Shown here: piece after piece, positions 51,897 to 64,000 of the stretch
Position numbering within the stretch: the first letter of the stretch is position 1
Layout of the letters: each line of letters starts with the position of its first letter
Origin: Podarcis bocagei
Lineage: Eukaryota
Length of the DNA: 64,000 nucleotides
Strand: one strand, 5' to 3'
Assembly (NCBI GenBank): GCA_964188305.1
Contig: OZ076886.1
The notes under the pieces: model-generated
The model's input: the letters and a program-made list of their open reading frames with translations, nothing else
What the model was told of the DNA's origin: nothing
The model's database searches: none
Made by a program: the position numbers and the translations under genes

Positions 51897-53760
51897 GTGA
51901 GTTCAACAAAAATGTCTTGTTGCCTACAGACTAAACTGTCCAGAAAGCCATGGCAGTGACACTGGCTTGGATCCATTTCAAAATCAACTTTAACTTGTAC
52001 TGTAGTGGAAGATTTTTGGGTGGGGAATGGGTATTTTGAGAGCAAATTAACTGACAGGAAACTGGTTGTGATTTTGATTATGTTGTGAACTGCCCTGAGA
52101 TCTATGGATGAAGGGTGGTATACAAATTTAATAAATAAAGAATAATAAAATAATAATAATCTAGATGGGAATGTGTTTTGGGGGGAGGGGTGAATTGGAA
52201 AGAAATGATTGGTGGGTTTAATGTTTGGAGCCCAGAGCCCAGTCTCTGCTCTGTACTGGGGTCACTTCTAGAGAACCTGTTTATTGAGCATTCATCCTGA
52301 TTTTTTGTGTGTGGGGATGTTAAGCAATCAATGATGTTTCATCAAGCAATCGTTACCCCACACTTTCTGGTGTGTTTTCCTGTCAGATTAAGTCAGAATT
52401 GTGGGGTGGGTGAGTTTGTTATGCAAGAGCTCCAGATTAAGTTTAACTGAGCAACCTGAATTTCCTGTGTCAAGAGCCCAGGCTGCCATCTTGATAACAC
52501 AGCACGTAAGTCGTAATTAGCTAGAAGATTTATTGCGATACAAACAATTAGTCTCGGACGTCTAACCAAGCATCTGTGCCTTACGAGTCAGTTGACCCTT
52601 CTGAGGAGTGCTTCCTGGTTCTGCAGAATATCCTGAACCTATGACCCTTATGTCTCTGGGTTTGTTTCCTGTCTAATACCTTTCCCATACATCTACTCTT
52701 TGGGCTCAGGGGATTAATTGCCTCCTCTTCCAGTGAAGAAATGCTACCCCTCCTGCTTTCTGAGCCTTCCTGTGCTTCTTAAGCGAGTTGACTTCTCTCC
52801 CTTCCACTCTCTGCTAACACCTTATCTACATTCCATTCCTTGTCAGGAGGAGGGGAGGGGGGCTGCTCCCAGCTGTCTGACTGCTTCCTAACTCATGCTG
52901 TATTTCTCTACTTGGGGCAGATGTGTTCATGACATCCTGGTATGTGATTGAATCCTACCCAAAATAGCAATGGTCTACAAGTGCCCTGAGTTTGTGGCCT
53001 TAGCTAGTCACTTATTTTGAGCTAATCCAACACTGCTCCTTGCAGTAATCATTTCGTACCCTCCAACATTTTTCAGATTAAAATAGGGACGTACTATTCT
53101 AACATCATCATCACCATCATCATCATTTTATTATTTATACCCCGCCCTTCTGACTGGGTTGCCCCAGCCACACAGGGTGCATTCCAACATATATAAACAT
53201 TGAACAACTTCCCTGTTGTTTAATGAGATGTCTTCTAAAGGTTGTATAGTTACTTATCTCCTTGGCTCAGGGGTTGGATAACTCCATACCCTCCAGCATT
53301 TCCCCAATGAAAATAGGGACGTTGTAAGGAAAGTGGGACATTCTGAAATCAAATCAGAAACTGGGATGACTTCTATAAATCCAGGACTATCCCTGGAAAA
53401 TAGGGACACTTGGAGGGTCTGCCATTTGCACATCTCCAGGAAGCTTACAAGCAGGATCCAAGGACCACGGCCTTTCCCTCTCATCTGTCTCCTGCATCTG
53501 GTATTCAGGGGTGTACTGCCCCAGAACATGGAGGTTTTATAGGAGCGACTTCCACTGACAGATTCATGATGGAGGAGTGGAGCTGAGGAAAGGGATGTTG
53601 GCAGTGGTTTTATGATTATTTGTAGCTTCCTCACTTTTTTGAGCTACTGGTGGCTTGATTGTACCTGAGACTTGGGTATTTGCAGATTGTCATAGTCAGT
53701 TGTGTCCAAAGATACAATTCACTCCAGATGTTGCTTTTTTTCTCTTCCCCTCCTGTACAG

Positions 53761-53907
53761 GTTCTGCTCTTGTTCGTGTTGGAAATGAAACAACTACCAA
53801 TAAAGTATCACAAGATGCAGAAAAGAAAATATTAATTCCAGTTTTCATCGTTGTTATCCTGGCAGCCATTTGTGCTGTTACGTTTTTTCATTGCAGAAAG
53901 AAGAAAG
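53761..53907 (+). CDS. SECTM1: SECTM1-like, stalk + transmembrane exon
   Basis: (G)SALVRVGNETTTNKVSQDAEKKILIPVFIVVILAAICAVTFFHCRKKK; hydrophobic span followed by a basic stop-transfer; phase 1-1. Confidence 0.85.
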
Positions 53908-54404
53908 GTCAGTTTTTATAAGAATTGGCTGGGGATTCGTGTTTTTCTTCCCAGGATATCATTTGGAAACATATGGGGGAGGAAACTTCTCCAGGGAGCT
54001 TATATACATGTGTGTGTGTTTGTGTGTGTATTACAAGAAAGATCTGTGTGGAGCATATAATTTACTTATTAGAATAATTGTTCCCCCACAATCTTTGGGA
54101 CTCAACACTTCAGTTTTGCCTATAATAAGCCTACCCAGGCACCAGATGATGCTCGCTGTAGCATTTAAATTTCTTCAGCTTGAATCCAGAGGAACTACCA
54201 CACAGTCCAGCCATGCACCCCAAGTCTGCCTCAAGATCAAACTCTTCCAGTGTGAAGTGTGCCTGGGCTGGGGTGATGCGAAGGTAGGCATTCCTCGTTG
54301 AGCCTTGAGCTGGGTGGCTGTCCTACTGCAGAGTTTAGGCTGGAGAAGTTTTTGCTGCCATGATGAAATCACTACAAAGGCAAAACGTGCTTGCTGTTTT
54401 GTAG

Positions 54405-54517
54405 ATTCATGCACAGGAGTTTGCGGGAGGACAGAGAAGGTCCCCCTCTCCAAGGGTTCGACTTCACCTGAATACACCAGTCCACCTGAATCAGTGATAT
54501 CCAGAGTTCAAAGATAA
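54405..54517 (+). CDS. SECTM1: SECTM1-like, cytoplasmic tail exon (3' end uncertain)
   Basis: TTTTGTAG acceptor, then (D)SCTGVCGRTEKVPLSKGSTSPEYTSPPESVISRVQR*. May instead splice to the acceptor at 55060. Confidence 0.6.
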
Positions 54518-55758
54518 ACAAGAACACCCGGTTTTACTGCTCTTATGGCGTGGGTGTCTAGACTCTGGCTGGGGGAGCCATGGGGTGGGTAGTAGAGTGC
54601 TTGGGTGCATTGCTTTCCCCCTGACCACAACATTTGTTTTTCTTTTGGCTTCAACTATTTTTTAAAAATTCACCTGCGAAAATTCTATATTTGAAGTGAA
54701 ACTAATAAAATGCCAGAGAAACTGTGAGCATTGTGACTTGTTACAGCCACATAAAGCGTTTTCACCATCATGGAGTTCAAGCCAAGAATTATGCATATGT
54801 GCAACGAAAAGGCAACACAAACCACAACATTTCTGTGAAGAGTCAACAACTTGACTTTGAGTGAAAATGTTTAACAGCTTTTACAATAGTTTAGATGAAG
54901 TTTCAGCAAAGTATATAACCAGCGGCTACCAGGACATAGATGCCTTATTTTCTAAAGAGTGGAATGGATGGGGTAAAAGTTGACAGAAAAATACATAATT
55001 CTTCCTCTCCTCCCATCTGATTTGCCTTTTCTGGTTTCCCTTTGTTTTGTCATTCCTCAGGTGCAATAAGGAATAAATATCTCCAGCGGCTTTTCCTATC
55101 TGAAGGTAAATATCTATTAAGTCTGCTAGTTAGTACTGCAGTTAATAACACAGGAAGAAAGGTGTATACATTGCTCTGGCCTTTTCAACATTGGCATGTC
55201 ATAGAAAAATATTTTAGATATTATGCTGATAGGCGAATGATTTCTTAGTTCATTGCAATCAGTGGCATTCTTGCTGTCATCATTATTCTTTCTTTCTCCT
55301 AGAGATGATATAGGAATGTCAGTGACAAACCAAATTGAAGCAAATGCAGTGACTGGATCAAGAAACACATGGAAAACTGTAACACTGTGGGACTCTGCAA
55401 TTCAGATTGCGAAGGCAAGGGACTTCTGCTCTGCAAGCCCATCTTACGACATCTCTAAGCCATTTTAGTGTCTTATTAGTCAAGAAAGACTTGCCTTTCA
55501 TGTGAAAGAATCAGTCTGCTGTTTGGATTCCACTTCTTTCTCCAGCATAATAAAATGCATCTTTCTCCAGGTTTTGAACAGGGTTGTTTTCCTGCAGCAC
55601 TCCTTTATATAGCATCTGTAGATAGTCCTCTCTGTAATAGTTGCAGCAGACTAGGTATATTAATGTGGCAGCAACAGTATAGTCATCTGCATTCAAATCT
55701 CACCTTTGTTAAATACCTTCTGAAAAGCCTTGGACAAATCATGTGTCAGAATTGTGAT

Positions 55759-56016
55759 NNNNNNNNNNNNNNNNNNNNNNNNNNNNNNNNNNNNNNNNNN
55801 NNNNNNNNNNNNNNNNNNNNNNNNNNNNNNNNNNNNNNNNNNNNNNNNNNNNNNNNNNNNNNNNNNNNNNNNNNNNNNNNNNNNNNNNNNNNNNNNNNNN
55901 NNNNNNNNNNNNNNNNNNNNNNNNNNNNNNNNNNNNNNNNNNNNNNNNNNNNNNNNNNNNNNNNNNNNNNNNNNNNNNNNNNNNNNNNNNNNNNNNNNNN
56001 NNNNNNNNNNNNNNNN
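55759..56016. other. Assembly gap (N run), adjacent to a MITE end at 56017-56162
   Basis: N characters. Confidence 0.99.
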
Positions 56017-57003
56017 TATAAGCCAACCTTTTCAGCACATTTTTTATGCTGGAAAAGCCCCCCTCGGCTTATACTCGAGTGAGGCAGGCGGCGGAGGGAC
56101 AAGCAGCCCAAAAGGTGCCTCGGCTTATATTTGGGTCGGCTTATACTCGAGTATATACACTGTATGTATGTATGTATGTATGTATGTATGTATGTGTGTG
56201 TATATATATATTGTAAGTGTTATTGTTTTGTCTTTATTTTTTAAGAATATATTTACTGTACTCATTTGAAGAGGCCTTGTGATTATTACTTTTTTTGAGG
56301 GTGTGTGTCTTCAAATAAAAATACCTGAACTGTGGAAGAATAATACTACTGAACTATTTTAGTAAACTCCCCCTGCCCCCAGAACTGCCCCCAGCTTAGT
56401 CTACCAGCTCCTGAAAGGAGTGTCTTAGCAAAGTAGCTGAGAAGTGGCACAGCCAACTATACAACTATTGGTCAGTTTTGGTTTCACCCACACTAAGGAG
56501 TGAAGCCCCATTGAACAGAATTGCAATCTCATTTTCATTTTCATTTATGGGACCAGTCAATTGCTCTGGTTTTACCTCTGATTTAAAACCTGGGGTGGTA
56601 GCAATGTTTACTTAACTTGGGCTCCTATACAAGCTCTGGGAACTCCACAAGAAGGGGAAATCTTTATAATCCAATGAGTTCTTCACTGGCTCAGATTAAA
56701 ATCCAAGCTGTGGAAAAAACTTCTGCCTCCTCCTGCCTCTCCCTGCCAGCTCCACTCACCATCTTTGAATTTAGCCTTCACAGCACCCTCATTTCAGTCC
56801 CCATGTTAGCTAATACAGCAAAAGACTACTGTACATTCCTTTGTGAAGAGGAAGGAGGAGGGGTAGAATAAAGAGTCTGTTAGACGCACATAACTCACCC
56901 CTCCCACCTGATATGGATAGTGGCTATATCTGAGGATTGGGGGAAAGGAGGTATGTGTGCTTTTAAAAGTTTATTTTCATAACTTTGGTTAATTTTCAAA
57001 TTA

Positions 57004-57245
57004 CAGTGGTACCTCGGGTTACATACGCTTCAGGTTACATACGCTTCAGGTTACAGACTCTGCTAACCCAGAAATAGTGCTTCAGGTTAAGAACTTTGCT
57101 TCAGGATGAGAACAGAAATCGTGCTCTGGCGGCGCAGCGGCAGCAGGAGGCCCCATTAGCTAAAGTGGTGCTTCAGGTTAAGAACAGTTTCAGGTTAAGA
57201 ACGGACCTCTGGAACAAATTAAGTACTTAACCTGAGGTACCACTG
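57004..57245. mobile_element. MITE family A (opposite orientation)
   Basis: Same TIRs, TA TSD. Confidence 0.9.
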
Positions 57246-58222
57246 TAATTGGAGCAGAGTGATGGCAAGCTTGCTCCTTGCTTCTGAAAGAAAAAAGAAG
57301 AAGAAATGTCTCTCTTGTTAGCTTATGTTAGTGAGAGTTCCATTCTGTGGCAATTGTGCATGATCGAATCCCCACAGATTAACAAACAGAATTACAATTT
57401 TTTCCATTTTTGGCTGGCAGCATGGTGCCCTGGAAGCAGAGCTGCTGGGACAGAGAGGGGACATTTTGTCCTGGATTGGGGGAGAGTGTAAGGAGACAAC
57501 ATCTAGGAGCACCAGCCTGACCACATGAGAGAGGCACAGACTCCATCTCACATGGCATCCATTATAAATAGCTCTAACTCCATCTTATAAGCTATTCAGG
57601 AGAACAACAGGTCCAGTAACAGATGGCGGTGAGAGTAGAGCAAGCACTGCACATGTTACCCTGCTCTGAGGTGGTGTCTAGTGGGGCCCCAATTACTGTA
57701 TGTTACTTGTAACTCACTGCATCCCTTTCAGATGCAAAAGAGAACAGGGCTCTGCTGTGTAGAAAAGGGAATTGTACTAGGTACAGCTTATGCCAGCTAC
57801 ACCTGCTGAAACCCCTCTTTTCTACACAACACTTAACAGGTGCACTATGGGAGCCTGTCCTCTTTTGCATCTGGCCTCCCTACTTCCTATAGCATCTAAT
57901 ATATGCACTACTGTGGCTGGGTGCTGGTCTACTTGAACACCTGTGTACAAAAGCTTTGCCTTCAGAAAAACACGAGACTTGCAGCTCCCCAGACATATAA
58001 AGCACAAACAATTCTGAACCCCGAGCCTTGAAAATGTTTCATTATCTATTTATTTTCTTACCCACATACCTATCACACTTACGAGCTCAACATGTCCCAT
58101 GTGACTTGTGCTGTGGTTAACATCAGTCCTCAGGGTTGCTGTGTTTTCAGTTCAGAATCAGTTCAGTCACTTCAGCGACAAGCCAGTTCTGCTGCAGAGT
58201 TTTAAGAGAGTCAGTCTGCAAA

Positions 58223-58289
58223 ATGCCCAATTGGGTGCTTGCCATGCATGTTCTCTTCCTGCTTTCCCATGGAACATCAGCCTCCAATG
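58223..58289 (+). CDS. CD7: CD7 signal-peptide exon
   Basis: MPNWVLAMHVLFLLSHGTSASN + G|GTAAGC, phase 1. RUNX-type TGTGGTT about 110 bp upstream. Confidence 0.75.
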
Positions 58290-60482
58290 GTAAGCATAAG
58301 AAAAATTACAATTTTTTCTGACTTTGCTGCATTGTATCTGTATCTGTGGCGGGGAGTGGAGGGGTTGCCTCCTTAATTTCCCCCCTAAAGTCCTCCCCCT
58401 CCCCATTTCTGCAACTAGGGTTCTACCAATAACATTCTACTGTTTCTTGGGGCATTTCTAGACGGTTGCTATTTTCAGATGGGATTCAGTCACATACCAG
58501 CAAATTCAGGTTGTGCAATTAAATTTGATTTGGAGCTCTTGTGCCTCCCCTGCTAAGAAAAACAAACAAACCTCCAGACCTTTTGCTGAGGAAGGTGATG
58601 GATAAATGCACTAGGAAGTGTGGCATAATGTTTGCTTGATGCAATGTTCTCTAACCTCTCCACAAACAGAACAAATGCTCAAAAATACAATCGGATTGCA
58701 AACTTTTTGAAACATTATTAAGGTGAATGCTCAATACACAAGTTGTCTTGAAGTGAACTCAGAGCAGGGCTGGCTGACCCATGAAGCCCAGTGAAGTGAT
58801 CGCTTAGGGCAGCAGGATTCACAGGGGCAGGAGATCCCACTGTGGATCCTTCTCTCCCCACCCTCATTCTTGATAAAGATCTTCACCCCTTCTTCTCTGG
58901 TAGGCAAAGGGACACCATTTAGTAGTTTGCCTCGGGTGCCAAAACGTATTCGACTGGTCCTGCTTCAGAGGCTCCCTTTTGTCTACATAGCCATCATAGC
59001 TGTTAACATCATACAAGTAGAAACTGCTCATGTCTTTTAACTCTTGAAAAATAACATTATCCCCCACCCACCCCAGTTGAAAGTCCTATGAATCCCAAAA
59101 TGTGTATCAAATTTGAAATTCCCATTTTGAGATCTTTACGTTTTTGAAGATTTTTGGATTTGGGAAATCATAATCTACATGGCCCAAATGTTTCCCTGCA
59201 TACATGATGCCATTTACAGTGAATTTACATGTTAATAATTTCCTACTAAAAAAATCTCACCCCACCCCAGCTGCTATTTTGCACTCAAAGGTGGTGTTCA
59301 TTGTAAGCTATTGCGGGATTTGATGTGGTTCAGATTCCAGATCAGGGTCATATAGCTGCTTTTTCTCAAAATAGAAGGAGCCAGTTTGCAATGCTTTCTG
59401 AAAAGTGTGTAGAAGGTAAAGTGCAGTTTGACCCTCTTTTGATATCAAATGACTGAGCTAGAGTCAATTAACATGGCATTTGACAGGGATTTTTGTTTGG
59501 AGTGTGTGTGTGTGTGCGTGCGCGTGCATGCCTGCTGCACAACCAGTGAATAAAACACTGTTTGTGTCTGCAGAAAAGAAAAATACTGCTACAGGCAACG
59601 TTAATAGTCTATTATTAATTTTGAAACCTGAGTGTATGAATATAATTAGTGGCTACATGGTGGTTTAAGCTAAATTTATATATAAAAGATTAAGATACTG
59701 AACTCTCCTCAAAGCTTTCTGAGAACTAGTCCTCATCGTGCCTAATTTCCCCCTCCATAAATGTTGAGTTCTCAATGGGGGGGGGGAGAGACAGTAAAAT
59801 ATATCAAATATTCAAATAAAAACAGCAGAAAGCAGATCCTCGTGTCTATGCAAAAAAAGTTATCTAAACTAAATGATTTTGGCTGTACCAGAATAAGGTG
59901 ATAATGGGCTCTGGTAGGCCTGTCTGTGACAGTAGGCAGGGTGGGTGGATGACAGTCGTCAGGAACTTTGCATTTTCCTATTAACATAATGTTATGGGGT
60001 AGATGCTGAGAAATGTAGGTTTTCTGCAATGAAAGTGAGCGTCTTTAGAAAACACTGCAGCAACAGTTCTCTGGTTTCCACATACCACTAAATCATGGTT
60101 TACTAATGGCTTAGAATTATGTGTGAACCCTTTTCGATGGATTGGCTATGTTTGCTTACTGCTAGCAAACCGCAGTCTGAAACCATGGTTTGTTGTTGGC
60201 TTATGAACCTTGATTTGATGGTATATGTGAACTCAGCACGCTTTGTAAACCATGGTTTGTTTGACCACTACACTCCAGACACTCACCAAACAACAAAGGC
60301 AAGAGCAGCTGTAAAACAAAACAAGCTTTAAAGAAACAATTCATGGTTTATTTGTCAACTGTGCTTAACTTTGTTAAACAAACCATGGCTGGGCATTATG
60401 CGTGAAATTGGCCAATGTGAATCCCTGGCATCTCCAGGTAGGGCTAAGAAACCTTGGAAAGTCATTGTGAGTCAGTGTAGAC

Positions 60483-60668
60483 CAGGGGTTGTCAACTTGG
60501 TCCCTACCACCCACTAGTGGGCGTTTCAGGATTCTAGGTGGGCAGCAGGGTTTTTTACAGCACAAGCTGAATCCTCCTTCCATCGAACACTGGTGGGCGG
60601 TAAGGAAATTTTACCATCAAGAAAGATGCATTAGTGGGCGGTAGGTACAAAAAGTTTGACTACCCCTG
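60483..60668. mobile_element. hAT MITE (same family as 20329), inserted in a SINE
   Basis: Perfect 8-bp TSD GTGTAGAC; reverse complement of the 20329 copy. Confidence 0.88.
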
Positions 60669-62263
60669 GTGTAGACTAAGGTGGTTCAACCTGTGGCCTT
60701 CCCGCCAGATTCAAGAATAATAATCTTAAAATCTTAAAAAATTATCATTTGTGTCATGGGTTGCTAACAAAAGTGCATACATTAAATTTGTTTAATAATT
60801 AAATCAATTAAATATATTAATTGTGTATTTAATTATATATATTTATTTAAATATATTGTGTATATTAAATGATATTAAACATATTGTGAACACTTTAATT
60901 CATGATATGGAAATTTAATTTAGTTTGTGGGCCGCAGGTTCTGTGCTTAAGTACTCTTGCGTCCCAATTAGTATGAAAAATTGGACCACACTTATATAGA
61001 CAATATTTCACTAGATGTCTCAGTGGTCTGATTCAGTATAACAAAGCTTCCTAAATTTCCATGTGGGGGATCAGTCTTACTACAGAGAGACTGGACAAAG
61101 AAAACATGCTCATACCTTTAAGCAGGCAAACAAATGAAACTGGAAGGGACATTCTTCAGTGCTGTGTGCGTGCGTGAGTGGTAGAGACAGTCTTCCAGGG
61201 TGAAGAAACTAAATAAAATAATAATCTCAAGTTGTAGGCATTTCTTCTGGAGGGGTGGTGGTGGTTCTCTTGCTCAAATTCTCCATTATTTTCTCTTAAA
61301 GGTCACATGCAGCACATAACTCATTGCCCACAACATTAGAATATGCACCCAGAAAAATGCTAAAACAATAACAAGCATTTTTTTATTTTTAAAAAATTAA
61401 ACATCCCTGTGTTGTATCTGTCTCCTGCAAACAGTGATATTTCAGGGGCTATGGACAACTGCAGACAAGCACATTCATATCTAAAACTCAAAAGCATGTT
61501 GGTGCTAGTAAGGAAAGTCTGATTTCTCCAGGAACTAGTTGCGGTGTAAGTGCTGAATTCCGAGAAGCAGTAGCACTGTCTGGAGGAATATGTATCCCCT
61601 TTATCTCCCAAGGAAGCCTGGGAAGAAATTGGGTTCACTTTGCATTTTAATATGAACCACCTTATTTGTGCTTCCCAAAACAGTGCACAAACTGAAACAC
61701 CAGTATCCTTTGGAATTTGCATTTCCAAATTTTGCAGTGCAGTTCTGTAACCAAAATATTTCTGAAGAAATTTCTTTATTAGGAAAACATGCATTAAAAT
61801 GCATGCACTAAGGAAAATAACAAAGTACACTGCAGAAATATACAAGCCGGGGAAAAGAACATACAAAAATGTGTCTATTAGGAGAAATGCACCCTAAAAT
61901 GTGGACTTATTTTCATGAAGACTTAGTTACTGAAAGAATGCAAATGACGCAGGAATGTGGCAAACTGAACTAAAGACTGGGGAGCTAAGAAACTGGGAGT
62001 CACTGAAATTGACTGTGCTGTCCATTCCTACTCAAGAGTGAAAGGGCTTCCACCATTTCAGAAACTGGAATTGATTGCATCCACTCTCAGCTCCTGCTGG
62101 TTTCAGCATTTGAAACCTGTTGCAATCCATCATTCTTAAAACCCACTGAAGTCAATTGTGCAAGTGTATAGGTAAGTCCCATTATTTTACAGCAGTACGG
62201 CCAATATCTTCAGAGTCTCACCTGTCCTGTATGCCTGTCCCTCACCCTTTTTCCCCCTTTAAG

Positions 62264-62605
62264 TCACAGAAAACAAACCAGAACTAATAGTTATCACTGC
62301 TGAGGAAGGGGAGTCTGTCAATATTACTTGCAAGTTTGACCAACTGGCGATGTCAGGGCTGCGTTTGAGACGGACACTTGTGAAAGCCATGGATGTGCTA
62401 TATGTGAAAAAGCTGGGTCTACGCATGACCAAAGCTCCTGAATATGCTTATCGCATGGAGTACTTTGAGCTGAAGAACGCATCGACGATAATGCTGAAGC
62501 ATGTGAAGAAGAATGACAGTGATGGGTATTTGTGTGGTGGCACCCTGATAATTAACCAGGAGCCCATGATAATGAATTTCAGCACTATCATCTTGGCAGT
62601 GAAAG
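62264..62605 (+). CDS. CD7: CD7 IgV exon (alternative in-frame acceptor gives start 62270)
   Basis: ITAEEGESVNITCKFDQLAMSGLRLRRTLVKAMDVLY...RMEY...TIMLKHVKKNDSDGYLCGG...TIILAVK, cf. human CD7 [22 protein letters not shown]..QDIIY...LTITMHRLQLSDTGTYTC. Confidence 0.88.
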
Positions 62606-62715
62606 GTGGGTCAGGAACAATCATTACTTCAACAGTTAGAGGGAATGGCAGCTCGATTTGTTGGCTACAAAGAGAAAGACAAGTATCTAGCAAAATGTGT
62701 CTGTGCATGTATATA

Positions 62716-62944
62716 CAGTGGTACCTCGGGTTAAGTACTTAATTCGTTCTGGAGGTTCGTTCTTAACCTGAAACTGTTCTTAACCTGAAGCACCACTTTA
62801 GCTAATGGGGCTTCCTGCTGCTGCTGCCGCGCCGCCGGAGCACGATTTCTGTTCTCATCCTGAAGCAAAGTTCTTAACCCGAGGTACTATTTCTGGGTTA
62901 GCGGAGTCTGTAACCTGAAGCGTATGTAACCCAAGGTACCACTG
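62716..62944. mobile_element. MITE family A
   Basis: Same TIRs, TA TSD; in CD7 intron 2. Confidence 0.9.
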
Positions 62945-63514
62945 TATGCACAACTAACTCATACCATCAGTGCAGTAAGTTGTCATGGACGGGCTGGATG
63001 CAGAGGAGTGCTGGGAGGCACCAACTGGGGAATCCCCAAGGGAACCCTCAGTGGAAGAAGGCTCAGAGGCAGGGGATTGGTGGGGGGACAGGACAGACAA
63101 TGAGTGGTCAGAGGGAGAAGTGGGAGCAGGCTGGGAGAAGGAGGTGTCAGAAGCTGAAGAAGCAACAGGGTTTAGTGAGCAGAAAGAGGCTGTGGCAGAT
63201 GGCAGCCCAAACTCAGAGGCAGGGGAGGAGGTGGGCCAGGAGACAGAGATGAGGCAGAATTCAGGGAGACTCCTTCTTCTGGACGATGCCCTTAACTCTT
63301 TAAGGATAGTACAGACAATGTTAATTAAGCAAACATTAATTCTTCTGTTCATGACAGACATTTATATCTTAGGGCATGTTTGGAGAAAGACTTGTAAATG
63401 GCAAAACTTGCATCCACAACCCCAGCATAGCAATTGGGTTCCTGATTTGCTCTTCTTCAGCATAGGCTTGTGTGGAAAGTAACAAAACATGTTCCTCTCT
63501 TTCTATCTCAAAAG

Positions 63515-63633
63515 AGACCTCAGCTATGAAGCTAATGGAGTGTCCTTCATTTCTCTGGGTGCCATATATCCTTATCTTCATGTCACTGCTCTTGCTTGTT
63601 GGACTGGGATATTTTATCCTATCTCATATAGAT
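63515..63633 (+). CDS. CD7: CD7 stalk + transmembrane exon (last exon lies beyond the window)
   Basis: (E)TSAMKLMECPSFLWVPYILIFMSLLLLVGLGYFILSHID|GTGAGT; phase-0 donor. Confidence 0.82.
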
Positions 63634-64000
63634 GTGAGTATGACTAACACTTTCCTTTATGTTAGCTGAGTTCCATCAGTCTTCCTCCTAAAAGATTTGC
63701 ACCTCACTGAGGAAATATTCCCAAGTATATAGCATCAGAATCTCTCTCCCCTTCCCCATAATTTGCTAAATTGTTGGCATAATAACGTGCTTCTTCATGG
63801 ATCTGTATGAATGAGAAGGTCTCTTGGACTCAGTATCATAGTTATTTCAGGACTGAATGGGCTCATGCAATCTCAGTACTGAAGAGAAAAGAAATAGACT
63901 GAAGATTCAAAACTACATCAAAGCATGTTGACATACTGAGTATGCAGAATTATCCCAATTTAAAAGAATAGACAAGCACACTAATGGCTTTTCCTTTGCA

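Noticed and set aside
55555-56269. ORFs spanning the N run
   Set aside because: Artefacts of the assembly gap.
61360-61866. 168-aa minus-strand ORF in CD7 intron 1
   Set aside because: No recognisable domain or splice context; it overlaps an AT-rich, repeat-like stretch.
62985-63482. 165-aa acidic ORF inside CD7 intron 2
   Set aside because: Lies in a TG..CA LTR-like repeat (~62981-63356), is low complexity, and has no splice context fitting CD7.
1-64000. CRISPR arrays, rRNA or prokaryote-type systems
   Set aside because: No regularly spaced repeat-spacer arrays or operon-like ORF density; the window is intron-rich vertebrate DNA.

Overview
Vertebrate genomic DNA, almost certainly a squamate lizard (Sauria SINEs, BovB, L2, Rex1, many Tc1/mariner and hAT MITEs), with one N gap at 55759-56016. 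Four gene loci can be read. (1) Minus strand, 481-10754: nine intact coding exons of a QSOX-family sulfhydryl oxidase that runs off the left edge. Its thioredoxin redox motif WCGHC reads WSAAS. (2) Minus strand, about 11.6-33.1 kb: decayed exon remnants that resemble a ZPAX/ZPY-type egg-coat gene (probable unitary pseudogene, moderate confidence). (3) Plus strand, 48031-54517: a SECTM1-like type I membrane protein that also carries a B7-type IgC exon. Its probable IRF/NF-kB promoter lies near 36.4-36.8 kb. (4) Plus strand, from 58223 past the right edge: CD7. A composite hAT element (38818-41026) with an 8-bp TSD carries captured CpG-rich DNA. Family assignments come from manual translation and recalled consensus sequences; no database searches were run.
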